DNA from: an uncultured Synergistia bacterium
Lineage (GTDB): Bacteria; Synergistota; Synergistia; CAYRKT01
DNA length: 58,766 nt
Direction of reading: 5' to 3'
NCBI GenBank assembly: GCA_964425005.1
Contig: CAYRKT010000002.1
Coordinates: forward strand, 1-58,766
Made by a program: the position numbers and the translations under genes. Of the stretch, positions 39,314-48,023 are shown piece after piece. The notes under the pieces were generated by a model. It searched no databases and was not told the DNA's origin. It saw only the letters and a list, made by a program, of their open reading frames with translations. The number at the start of each line of letters is the position of its first letter. Positions within the stretch are counted from its first letter, which is position 1.

Positions 39314-40258
39314 TCACAAGAGGGATATCTTCCTGAGGGTGGACTCGGAGGTCACCCTTCCCACCACCATGACGTCCGGCAGCACCGACATGACCTTCCT
39401 CATGAGGGTTCTGTCCACGAACATCAGCATCCCCAGGCCCATGTTGAAGGTGGAAAGGGCCTCTTCCTCCTCGACCCAGTTCAGGATCCACCTGAACTCG
39501 TCCCGAAGCTCGAACTCGAGGACGTAACCCCTGTCCTCGCCGAGGATCCTCCGAAGGGCCCTGATCAACCCACCGCCCGTGACGTGGGCGCAGGCCTTGA
39601 CGAAGTCGAACGCCCTGGGCAACTCCGAGTATATCCTGGTCCCGACGAGCAGGTCGAAGGGGAGATCGCCCAGGGATATCCCCTTCTCCCTCAGAAGGCG
39701 CCTTATGAGGCTGAAGCCGTTGGAGTGAAAGCCCGAGGAGGGCAGCGCCAGGATCACGTCCCCCTCGAGGACCCGTCCCACCTCCATCGGCCGGCAGAGG
39801 ACCCCTATGCAGAAGCCCACCGCCTCCATCTCGTCCCCGTAGAGGTCGGGCATCTCGGCCGTCTCCCCTCCCACCAGGGCCACCCCAACCTCCGACAGGA
39901 CCTCCTTGAGGGCGGAGGCGAAGTCGTAAAGATCCCGATCTATCCTCCCCACGCCCAGGTAGTCCATGAAGGCTATGGGCTTTCCCCCCGCAGCCACCAC
40001 GTCGTTGTAGTTCATGGCCACCAGGTCCAGGGCGGCATCCCTCCACCTCTTGTGGAGTCGATGGAGCATCATCTTGCTCCCCACCCCGTCGGCGGAGACC
40101 ACCAACTTAGAGGAAGGGAGCTCCAGGATGGAGGCGTATCCGGCCCTGTCCCTCTTCACCCAGCCGGGCAAGGCTCCCCCCGAGATGAAGGCCGAGAACT
40201 CATCCCCTCTTCCCACGTCCACTCCAGAACCCGAATAGGTGAAACCCCTCTCGTCCAT
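39314..40258 (-). CDS. purM: Phosphoribosylformylglycinamidine cyclo-ligase (short form)
   Basis: YSGSGVD, DGVGSK, GGETAEMP, SSGFHSNGFS, HVTGGG, TFNMG. Confidence 0.95.
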   Translation of the reverse strand: MDERGFTYSGSGVDVGRGDEFSAFISGGALPGWVKRDRAGYASILELPSSKLVVSADGVGSKMMLHRLHKRWRDAALDLVAMNYNDVVAAGGKPIAFMDYLGVGRIDRDLYDFASALKEVLSEVGVALVGGETAEMPDLYGDEMEAVGFCIGVLCRPMEVGRVLEGDVILALPSSGFHSNGFSLIRRLLREKGISLGDLPFDLLVGTRIYSELPRAFDFVKACAHVTGGGLIRALRRILGEDRGYVLEFELRDEFRWILNWVEEEEALSTFNMGLGMLMFVDRTLMRKVMSVLPDVMVVGRVTSESTLRKISLL

Positions 40259-40267
40259 CCAGCGACC

Positions 40268-41485
40268 CTACCTCCGAAAGAGAGCTATGTCCTTTCTGTA
40301 GAAGAGCCCATCCCCTTTGACCTCGGCCGCGAGCTCGTAGGCCTCAGCTCTCGCCTCCTCGAGGCTGTCGCCCAGCCCGACGCAGTTGACCACTCTGCCG
40401 CCGGACACAGAAAGCCCCTCCTCCCCCCTCTCGACGCCGGCGAAGAAGTAGAGCCCCTCCTCGGGGACCATCACCCTCTGACCCCTCCTCGGGCTCAAGG
40501 GGTATCCCTCAGAGGCCACCACCACGTCCACGGCGAAGCCAGAGGGGGAAGGCGACCTCGAGGGCCTTCCCTCGAAGTTGGCCGAGATCACCGATTCCAC
40601 GAAGGCCAGGGGGTCCAGGGGCACGATGACCTCCGTCTCCGGATCCCCCATGCGGACGTTGTACTCCAGGACCTTGGGCCCCTCCTCCGTGAGCATCAAG
40701 CCCACGTACAGGAAACCCCTGTAGCTCTTCCCGTCCCTCCTAAGCCCGAAGAGCGTCCTGTCGACTATCTCCTCCACGCGCGCCACCAGGCCGGGCTCCA
40801 TCCGAACCGGGGCCCAGCAACCCATGCCCCCGGTGTTGGGCCCCCTGTCCCCGTCGAAGGCCCTCTTGTAGTCCCTGGCGAAGGGGAGGAGCGCGAAACC
40901 CCTATCCCCCACCACGCATATGGCCGAAAGCTCCTCCCCGGGCAGGAACTGCTCCACCACCAGAGCCCCGGACACCCCCCTCAGCAGCTCGCCCCTCATC
41001 AACCTGGCACCCTTCTCCAGGGCCTCCCCCCTGTCCTCCAGCACCAGCACGCCCTTTCCCCCAGCCAGGGGGTCGGCCTTGAGCACGTAGGGCGGGCCGA
41101 AGCGATCCATCGCCTCCGGAAGGCCGGCGGGGTCCTCCACCACGACGAAAGGGGCTGTGGGTATCCCGTGTCTCTCCATGAACCCCTTGGCGAAGGCCTT
41201 GGAGGACTCTAGCCTAGCCGCGTCCTTGAGGGGAGCGAAGACCTTTTTCCCTCCCACGTCCGCGACCCCCGAGGCTATCACGTCCTCCGGTCCGGGCACC
41301 ACCAGGTCGAAGAGGTCCAGAGAGCCCCTCAGGAAGCCCAGGAGGTCGCCTCCCGGGTCCAGGTTTCGCCCATCCCTGGAGGTACCCCCGTTGCCGGGGG
41401 CGAAGAACACCTCGTGTCCCGCCCTCGCGAACGCCCAGCCCATGGCGTGCTCCCTTCCCCCGGAGCCGAGGATCAAAACCCTCAC
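40268..41485 (-). CDS. purD: Phosphoribosylamine--glycine ligase
   Basis: GSGGREHA, APGNGG, LAGGKGV, DYKR..DGD.GPNTGGMG, EYNVRMGDPE. Confidence 0.97.
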   Translation of the reverse strand: MRVLILGSGGREHAMGWAFARAGHEVFFAPGNGGTSRDGRNLDPGGDLLGFLRGSLDLFDLVVPGPEDVIASGVADVGGKKVFAPLKDAARLESSKAFAKGFMERHGIPTAPFVVVEDPAGLPEAMDRFGPPYVLKADPLAGGKGVLVLEDRGEALEKGARLMRGELLRGVSGALVVEQFLPGEELSAICVVGDRGFALLPFARDYKRAFDGDRGPNTGGMGCWAPVRMEPGLVARVEEIVDRTLFGLRRDGKSYRGFLYVGLMLTEEGPKVLEYNVRMGDPETEVIVPLDPLAFVESVISANFEGRPSRSPSPSGFAVDVVVASEGYPLSPRRGQRVMVPEEGLYFFAGVERGEEGLSVSGGRVVNCVGLGDSLEEARAEAYELAAEVKGDGLFYRKDIALFRR

Positions 41486-42120
41486 GACCTCACCCTCCCT
41501 TCAGGTCGATCCAGGAACTTGAAGACCCGCCCCTCCACGGTCCAGGCCCTGAGGAGGAGATCCCTTATCGCCACGGGATACCACCGGTGCTCCAGGCGAT
41601 GTATGGCCCTCTCGAGCTCCTCCAGGGTCCACTCCTCGCGCACGCGGATCGCCCTCTGGAGCACGATCGGGCCGGTGTCCACCCCCTCGTCCACCAGGTG
41701 CACCGTTATGCCGGTGACCTTGACCCCGTGGCGGTAGGCCTGCCCTATGGCGTCCATCCCTGGGAAGGAGGGCAAGAGGGCCGGATGGAGGTTGACCACC
41801 CTCGGGTAGAAGGCCCTAACCAGAGGAGGGGGGAGGACCCTCATGAAACCGGCGAGCACCACCAGGTCGGACCTTCGGGAGCTCAGGACCTCCAGGAGCT
41901 CATCGCTCCAGCTCCTCCCGAGCCTGAGGAGGGGAACCCCCAACCTCCTCGCCCTATCCTCGGCCGGACAGGGTCTGTCCACTATCAGCCCGAGGAGCTT
42001 CGCCGGTATCGAACCCTCGGCGCAACGCCTGGCTATGACCTCGAAGTTGGAACCCCTCCCCGAGGCCAAGACCCATATGCTCATCTCCCCGGAGAACCCG
42101 AGGCAGCTAGAGCCCCTCAT
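41482..42120 (-). CDS. purN: Phosphoribosylglycinamide formyltransferase
   Basis: LASGRGSNF, LAGFMR, NLHPALLP, GITVHLVDEGVDTGPI; alternative start ATG 42084. Confidence 0.95.
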   Translation of the reverse strand: MRGSSCLGFSGEMSIWVLASGRGSNFEVIARRCAEGSIPAKLLGLIVDRPCPAEDRARRLGVPLLRLGRSWSDELLEVLSSRRSDLVVLAGFMRVLPPPLVRAFYPRVVNLHPALLPSFPGMDAIGQAYRHGVKVTGITVHLVDEGVDTGPIVLQRAIRVREEWTLEELERAIHRLEHRWYPVAIRDLLLRAWTVEGRVFKFLDRPEGRVRS

Positions 42121-43426
42121 GGGGATACTCCCCCGTGAAGCAGGCCGTGCAGACCTGAGAGCAACCCAGGGCCTCGAGGAGCCCCTCCACGCTCAGATAG
42201 GCCACCCTGTCGGCCCCCACGACGGAGGCTATCTCCCCAGGGCTCATCGAGGAGGCCAAGAGTTCCCTGCCCCTGGCGGTGTCTATGCCGTAGTAGCACG
42301 GACACCTCACCGGGGGGGAGTGGATGGCCACCGAGACCTCACGGGCCCCCGCCTCCCGGAGCATGGAAACTATGGTGCCCATGGTGGTGCCCCTCACTAT
42401 GGAGTCGTCCACCACTATCACCGATCTGCCCCTCACCACGTCCTCTATGGGCAAAAGCTTCCTCCTGACCGCCTCCTTCCTCCCGGAGGGCATGATGAAG
42501 CTCCTCCCCAGGTACCTGTTCCTCATCAGGCCCAGGTCCAGCGGCAGGCCCGAGGCGAAGGAGAAGCCCAGCGCCCCCGAGATGCCGGAGTCCAGCACCG
42601 GCACCACCAGATCGCCCTCCAGAAGGCTTTCCCTGTACAGGCGCTCTCCCATCCTGAAGCGGGAGACGTGGACGTTGAGCCCCATGAAGGAGGAGTCTGG
42701 CCTGGCGAAGTATATGTACTCGAAGGAGCAGAACCTGCTGGGGAAGTCGGCGAACCTCCTCTCCGCCACGCCGTCCCTCGACAGGACCAGGGCCACCCCC
42801 CTCTCCAGCTCCCTTATGTCCGACGCCCCCACCACCTTCAGAGGTGCGTCCTCCGAGCAGACCAGGTACCCTTCGCCGAGCCTGGCCCAGAAGAGGGGCC
42901 TGAACCCGAAACCGTCCCTGGCGGCGAGGAGGAAGTCGTCGTGGAATAGCAATATGGAGTAAGCGCACCTGACCTGCGAGAGGGCCCACAGGCAGGACTC
43001 CACGGGGTCGTCGAAGGGTGCCATCGATATAAGGTGAAGGAATATCTCCGTGTCGGAATCGGTGAAGAAGACCGCCCCCTTCTCCAACAACCAATCCCTC
43101 CACCTGCGGGCCTCGGTAACGGTGCCGTTGTGGGCCACCGAGAAGGTCCCCTTCCTGGTGTCGGCCGTTATGGGCTGCACGTTCCTCGGGTTGCTCCCGC
43201 CCACGGTGGAGTACCTCACGTGACCTATGCCCCTTGAGCCGTCGATCGCGGCGGAGGGGGTTATCACCGAGTCCACCAGCCCCATGCCCTTGACGGACGC
43301 AAAGCCCTCCAGCACCACCCCAGCGCTCTCCTGCCCCCTGTGCTGAAGACCCTGCAAGAGGTCGTGGAGTATCCAGTAGGCGCCCTCCACGTTCCAGGCC
43401 GCCGCCACCCCGCAGAGCTCCCTCAA
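42107..43426 (-). CDS. purF: Amidophosphoribosyltransferase (Fe-S type)
   Basis: LCGV, LQHRGQESAG, GHVRYST, HNG, VVDDSIVRGTT, CSFE, CYYGID, CTAC. Confidence 0.97.
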   Translation of the reverse strand: MRELCGVAAAWNVEGAYWILHDLLQGLQHRGQESAGVVLEGFASVKGMGLVDSVITPSAAIDGSRGIGHVRYSTVGGSNPRNVQPITADTRKGTFSVAHNGTVTEARRWRDWLLEKGAVFFTDSDTEIFLHLISMAPFDDPVESCLWALSQVRCAYSILLFHDDFLLAARDGFGFRPLFWARLGEGYLVCSEDAPLKVVGASDIRELERGVALVLSRDGVAERRFADFPSRFCSFEYIYFARPDSSFMGLNVHVSRFRMGERLYRESLLEGDLVVPVLDSGISGALGFSFASGLPLDLGLMRNRYLGRSFIMPSGRKEAVRRKLLPIEDVVRGRSVIVVDDSIVRGTTMGTIVSMLREAGAREVSVAIHSPPVRCPCYYGIDTARGRELLASSMSPGEIASVVGADRVAYLSVEGLLEALGCSQVCTACFTGEYPHEGL

Positions 43427-45246
43427 GAGATCTCACCCACCTCTTCCCAGGGCAGATCCAACCCCTCAAGCTCCCCCTCGGGCGAGACGGCCAGGAAGGT
43501 CTGGTCGAAGCCCCTGGGGATCGGGCGAAGGACCTTCAGCGAAAGCCCCATGGACCTCAGGACGTCCCTCAAGGTGGCGCTGGGGAAGGAGCTCGGGGCC
43601 ATCAGGAAGCAACCCCTGTCCCTCAGAACCTCCATACCCCTCCAGACCCTCGCCTCCCTGGAGGGATCGAAGCCCTCGAAACCCACCCTGAAGACCTTGC
43701 CCCGCGGAGGCCTTCGCGACACCCCGTACACGTCCTCCACCGCGCCGACCGCCCCAACTATGAGCGTGGGGGGTATGGGCGTCCCCTCGAAGGTGTTGTA
43801 GAGGGAGGCGTTCCCGGACACCACCGGCAACCCGAGCTGCCTGCAGGCGTCTTCCAGACCCCTCATGGTGAGGGCAAGCCCAAGGGGGTCCACGTCGGGA
43901 TCGCCGTAGTTCAGCCCATCGGTGACCCCCACCGGTCTGGCCCCCACGGAGACGAGCTTCCTGCAGGCCTCGAAGAGGGCCACGAAGGAGGCCCAGTAGG
44001 GGGAGGACTCGGCCAAATCCTCCCTGCTGTGGACGCAAACGGCGACGCCCCTTCGAGAGCCCTTGACCCTCAAGACGGCGGGACCCAGCCCGGGGGGCAG
44101 GACCGTGTCGTTGCCCACCATGTAGTCGTAGCGGCTGAATATCGGCGCGGCGCTCTCGTCCTCGAAGCCGAAGGATACCCTGAGGGAGCTGAGGGGAGGG
44201 GGACTCACCTCCAGGGCCTCCTCCGCCGGCGCCTCGAGGAGGGCCCTAACCGGCACCTCCAGGAGCACCTCCCCTCCGAACACAGCCCTGTAGAGTCCGG
44301 ATCGATCGAGCCTGGCCACCACAGCGCCGTAGAGCATGTGCTCCCTCGCTATCTCCAGGACCCTCCCCGCCCTGTCGGGGGTGGTGACCACCGCCATCCT
44401 CTCCTGGCTCTCGCTCAGGAGGACCTCCCATCCCTCCATGTCGGGCTCCCTTAAGGGCACCGCGTCCAGGTGAACGGTGCCCCCAAGCCCCCCCTTGCCC
44501 ATCAGCTCGCAGGTGGCCATGAGCACTCCCCCCGCTCCCAGGTCCTGCGCCCCGTCCACCAGACCCTCCGACCGCATCTGGAGGAAGGCCTCGATGAGGA
44601 GCTTCTCCGCGAAGGGATCCCCCACCTGGATGTTGATCCTCTCGTGCTCGCCCGAGAGGTCCCTGGAGGCGAAGGAGGCCCCGTGTATGCCGTCCCTCCC
44701 CGTGAGCCCCCCGAACACCACTATTACCTGATCGGGCGAGGTAGCCCTCGAGGGGACCACCTCCGAACCCCTGCCGACCCCCAGCGCCATGGCGTTGACC
44801 AGCGGGTTGTGCCTGAAGCGCGAGGATACGCGGAGCTGACCGCCCACCGTGGGGACCCCTATGGCGTTGCCGTAGTCCCCGATGCCGGCCACGATCCCGT
44901 CTATCACCCTGTGCATGTGCAGGGAGTCCAGGATGGCCACCGGCCTCACGCCCATGGCCAACACGTCCCTTATTATGCCCCCCACCCCCGTGGCAGCGCC
45001 GTTGTAGGGCTCGACGGCGCTGGGGTGGTTGTGGCTCTCTATCTTGAAGACGCACACCAGCCCTTCGCCCAGCTCGACTACGCCCGCGTTGACCTCCCGG
45101 GAGACGCCGGGCAATCGAGATATGTAGGCCCTGGTGTGGGAGTAACCGCAGTGCTCGCTCCAGGCCACCTCGAAGGCGTGTCTCTCCACGGGGGATGGCT
45201 CTCTGCCGAGGACCTCGACCAGATGGGATAGATACCTCAAGGACAT
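43423..45246 (-). CDS. purL: FGAM synthase subunit PurL (very short, 607 aa)
   Basis: WSEHCGY, ESHNHPS, GAATGVGGIIRD, GRDGIHGA, QDLGAGG, LSESQERM, VSGNASLYN. Confidence 0.96.
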   Translation of the reverse strand: MSLRYLSHLVEVLGREPSPVERHAFEVAWSEHCGYSHTRAYISRLPGVSREVNAGVVELGEGLVCVFKIESHNHPSAVEPYNGAATGVGGIIRDVLAMGVRPVAILDSLHMHRVIDGIVAGIGDYGNAIGVPTVGGQLRVSSRFRHNPLVNAMALGVGRGSEVVPSRATSPDQVIVVFGGLTGRDGIHGASFASRDLSGEHERINIQVGDPFAEKLLIEAFLQMRSEGLVDGAQDLGAGGVLMATCELMGKGGLGGTVHLDAVPLREPDMEGWEVLLSESQERMAVVTTPDRAGRVLEIAREHMLYGAVVARLDRSGLYRAVFGGEVLLEVPVRALLEAPAEEALEVSPPPLSSLRVSFGFEDESAAPIFSRYDYMVGNDTVLPPGLGPAVLRVKGSRRGVAVCVHSREDLAESSPYWASFVALFEACRKLVSVGARPVGVTDGLNYGDPDVDPLGLALTMRGLEDACRQLGLPVVSGNASLYNTFEGTPIPPTLIVGAVGAVEDVYGVSRRPPRGKVFRVGFEGFDPSREARVWRGMEVLRDRGCFLMAPSSFPSATLRDVLRSMGLSLKVLRPIPRGFDQTFLAVSPEGELEGLDLPWEEVGEIS

Positions 45247-45255
45247 CTACCTCCC

Positions 45256-45909
45256 CTAGAGGAGGGAAGACAGGTGCTCCATCATCGACCGGAAGAGGGC
45301 GATCCCGTCCGTCCCGCCCAGGATCTCCTCGCAGGCCCTCTCAGGGTGCGGCATCATGCCCAGGACGTTTCCGGCCTCGTTGGCCACAGCGGCTATACCC
45401 TCCTCGGAGCCGTTGACGTCGTGGACGTACCTCATCACCACCCTGACGTCCCCGCCGCCCCTGTAGTATCTGCCGAACCCGTTGGCTATGGGCAAAGATA
45501 TCCTCTGGCCTGGACGGTAGCACCTGGTGAAAGGGGTGCTCGCGTCCTCGACCAGCAGGTCCACCCAACGACAGCTGAAGAGGCCGTCCTCGTTCTGCAG
45601 GAGAGCTCCTGGCAAAAGCCCCATCTCGACCAGTATCTGAAAGCCGTTGCACACCCCGAGGACCAAGGCGCCTCTTTCAGCCTCCTCCCTTATCCGATGG
45701 GATATCTCCTCCCTGGCGGCCACAGCTCCGGGCCTCAGGTAGTCGCCGTAGGAGAACCCACCGGGTACCGCGATGACCGGATATCCCCTCAGCTCCCCCT
45801 TGAGCCCCACGAAACGAGGCCTGAAGCCCGACAGCTCCAGCGCGTAGAACATGTCCCTGTCGCAGTTGGAGCCGGGGTACACCACCACGGCCACGTCCAG
45901 GGACCTCAT
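45256..45909 (-). CDS. purQ: FGAM synthase glutaminase subunit PurQ
   Basis: PGSNCDRD, GGFSYGDYLR, GVCNGFQ, MMPHPER. Confidence 0.97.
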   Translation of the reverse strand: MRSLDVAVVVYPGSNCDRDMFYALELSGFRPRFVGLKGELRGYPVIAVPGGFSYGDYLRPGAVAAREEISHRIREEAERGALVLGVCNGFQILVEMGLLPGALLQNEDGLFSCRWVDLLVEDASTPFTRCYRPGQRISLPIANGFGRYYRGGGDVRVVMRYVHDVNGSEEGIAAVANEAGNVLGMMPHPERACEEILGGTDGIALFRSMMEHLSSLL

Positions 45910-46154
45910 AGGGCCAACACCTCGTAGTCCTCCACCACGGGGTTCACCAGCATCTCGCTGCAGGCCCTCTCCACCACTCCCCTGGCCTCCTCCTCCGAGA
46001 GGGCTTCCACCTCCAGCAGTATGGCCTTGCCTATCCTCAGCCTCTCCACCGGAAGGCCCTTCTCCTCCTTGAGGACCCTCCTTATGGTCTCCCCCCTGGG
46101 ATCCCTCACGTGCCCCTTGAGCTGGACGTTGACTAGGAAAGCAAACCTCTGCAT
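45906..46154 (-). CDS. purS: FGAM synthase subunit PurS
   Basis: DPRGETI, RIGK, LVNPVVEDY. Confidence 0.93.
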   Translation of the reverse strand: MQRFAFLVNVQLKGHVRDPRGETIRRVLKEEKGLPVERLRIGKAILLEVEALSEEEARGVVERACSEMLVNPVVEDYEVLAL

Positions 46155-46834
46155 ATCCCCAGGACCTCCCTGTAGACCGGCATGGGATCGCCCAGATCCC
46201 TCCTGTACACGTCCTTGTCCAGGATGGCCCCCTCCCTCCTGAGCCTCATGGAGTCGGGGGAGAGCTCATCCCCTAGGAGGATCCTCCCCTCGGCGTTCCT
46301 TCCGACCTCGAACTTGATGTCCCAAAGCTCCAACCCAGCCCGCTCGAAGAGGTCTCTGAGGGAGCGGGCGGCGTCCAGGGCGAGCTCGGCGGCCTCCTCG
46401 ACCTCCTTCTCCTCCATGAGCCCTAGCTCCAGAAGGTGAGCCCCACAGAGCATCGGGTCGTGTCTGGCGTCGTCCTTCAGGAAGAACTCCAGGAGGGGCC
46501 TCTTGAACGGCTCCCCCTCGAGCCCTCCGTAGCGCCTTATGAAGGAGCCGCTCCTCCTGAACCTGACCACCACCTCCACGGGCACCATGGAGAGCCTGAT
46601 GGCCCTTATCCTGTTGGGGGGCAGGTACTCCAGGAAGTGGTTCGCCACCCCCATGGCCTTCAGATACCTCATCAGCAGGGCCGTCATCTCAGCGCAGATG
46701 GCCCCCTTGCCGGCCATCACGTCGTGCTTGGCCCCATCCCCGGCGGTGATGTCGTCCTTGAAGGTCAGCACGACGGTCCCGTCGCCTAAGTCCTCCACCA
46801 CCTTCGTCTTGCCCTCGTAGGACATCTCCTCCAC
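46133..46834 (-). CDS. purC: SAICAR synthetase
   Basis: YEGKTK, FKDDITAG, PVEVVVR, DIKFEVG, DELSPDSMR, DKDVYR. Confidence 0.96.
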   Translation of the reverse strand: MEEMSYEGKTKVVEDLGDGTVVLTFKDDITAGDGAKHDVMAGKGAICAEMTALLMRYLKAMGVANHFLEYLPPNRIRAIRLSMVPVEVVVRFRRSGSFIRRYGGLEGEPFKRPLLEFFLKDDARHDPMLCGAHLLELGLMEEKEVEEAAELALDAARSLRDLFERAGLELWDIKFEVGRNAEGRILLGDELSPDSMRLRREGAILDKDVYRRDLGDPMPVYREVLGICRGLLS

Positions 46835-46855
46835 TCCCCTTCAGGAACAAGGAAG

Positions 46856-46885
46856 ATGATACACCAAAGGAATCGAGGCTTTCAA
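46856..46885 (-). promoter_or_regulatory. Probable promoter of the pur operon
   Basis: TTGAAA-18 bp-TATCAT; leader too short for a purine riboswitch. Confidence 0.6.
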
Positions 46886-46903
46886 CAAAGGGGGGCCACC
46901 CTA

Positions 46904-46932
46904 TTGACAAAAAAGTATTTAAATACCAAAAT
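46904..46932 (+). promoter_or_regulatory. rrf2-hcp promoter with palindromic operator in the spacer
   Basis: TTGACA-17 bp-CAAAAT; perfect 12-bp palindrome GTATTTAAATAC at 46915-46926. Confidence 0.65.
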
Positions 46933-46950
46933 ACAACTGAGGTGGTGGAC

Positions 46951-47382
46951 GTGCCGTTGAGGTTGGTCAGCGAGGCTTCGAGCATGGCGCTGCACGCCCT
47001 GAGGCTCCTGATGGAGGGGCCGATGACCGTGGACGAGATGGCCTCCCGGATGGGCGCCTCCAGGAACCATCTGGCGAAGGTGATGATGGAGCTGAGGAGG
47101 AGGGGGATAGTCCGCTCCAGGAGGGGACCCAGAGGGGGATTTGAGCTGGCCAGAGACCCAGGGGCCATAAGCGTCTTAGAGGTGGTGGAGGCCGTGGAGG
47201 GCAGGTTCGACGCGTCCGGCTGCCCCCTCGGCTTGCCCGGCTGTCCCTTCGCCCGCTGTCTCTTCGGGGCTCTCAGGGAGATCTCAGTCAAGGTGAGGTC
47301 CTTCATGGAGGGGACCACCATATCCCAGCTGGGAGGTGTCGAGGTTGGCGAGGAGGATCGAGATAGACGAGGATCTCTGTGA
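46951..47382 (+). CDS. Rrf2 family Fe-S transcriptional regulator (NsrR-like by context)
   Basis: S.RGPRGGFELARDP..ISVLEVVEAVEG; three C-terminal Cys (C-x6-C-x4-C); GTG 46951 after SD GAGGT. Confidence 0.92.
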   Translation: MPLRLVSEASSMALHALRLLMEGPMTVDEMASRMGASRNHLAKVMMELRRRGIVRSRRGPRGGFELARDPGAISVLEVVEAVEGRFDASGCPLGLPGCPFARCLFGALREISVKVRSFMEGTTISQLGGVEVGEEDRDRRGSL

Positions 47383-47983
47383 CGGCTGCGGGCGTTGCGT
47401 AGAAGCCTGCGCCGAAGGGGCGATAGCTCTGGTGGACGGCAAGGCCAAGGTCGTCGACCAGGGGGCATGCGACTTCATGGGGGCCTGCGTGGGAAGCTGC
47501 CCAAGGGGGGCGATAAGGATCTACGAGGAGAGCCCTTGCCCCTGCGCAGAGGGGAGGGAAGCGCGCCCGGCTCAGATGACCACGGGCGGGAACGAGGGAA
47601 GGGGGTTGGGCCCTGGGAGCTGGCCCATAAAGCTCAGGCTGATCCAGCCCAGCGCTCCTCAGCTCCTGGGCTCCGACCTGCTGATCTTCGCCGATTGCGC
47701 CTGTTTGGCCACGCCCGAGTCCCACGAGATTTCCAGGTCCAAGGTGCCCCTGATGGCCTGCCCCAAGTTCGACCCCCCGGAGGGGGTGTGGGACAAGCTA
47801 TCCCAGATCGTCGAAAGGGCCAAACCCAGATCGGTAACCGTGGTCTTCATGGAGGTCCCATGCTGCCACGGCGCGCTAGAGTTCGCCAGGAAGGCCTGCA
47901 GGGGCAAAACCCCCTTGAGGTGGATCATGGTTGGGGTAGACGGAAGGATCAGGGAGGCGAACCTATCGCACCCGGAGCTCTGA
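47336..47983 (+). CDS. 4Fe-4S ferredoxin-domain protein of the hcp-associated family
   Basis: CDGCGRCVEAC, CDFMGACVGSCP, WPIKL, ADC, CPKFD, MEVPCC. Confidence 0.85.
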   Translation: MSRLARRIEIDEDLCDGCGRCVEACAEGAIALVDGKAKVVDQGACDFMGACVGSCPRGAIRIYEESPCPCAEGREARPAQMTTGGNEGRGLGPGSWPIKLRLIQPSAPQLLGSDLLIFADCACLATPESHEISRSKVPLMACPKFDPPEGVWDKLSQIVERAKPRSVTVVFMEVPCCHGALEFARKACRGKTPLRWIMVGVDGRIREANLSHPEL

Positions 47984-48023
47984 GAGGGGGCGATGGGATC
48001 TCAGCGCGAGGAGGTAGAGGAGG

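Noticed and set aside
46835-46950. Purine riboswitch or PurR box upstream of purC
   Set aside because: The leader after the putative -10 is ~20 nt and no consensus is seen.
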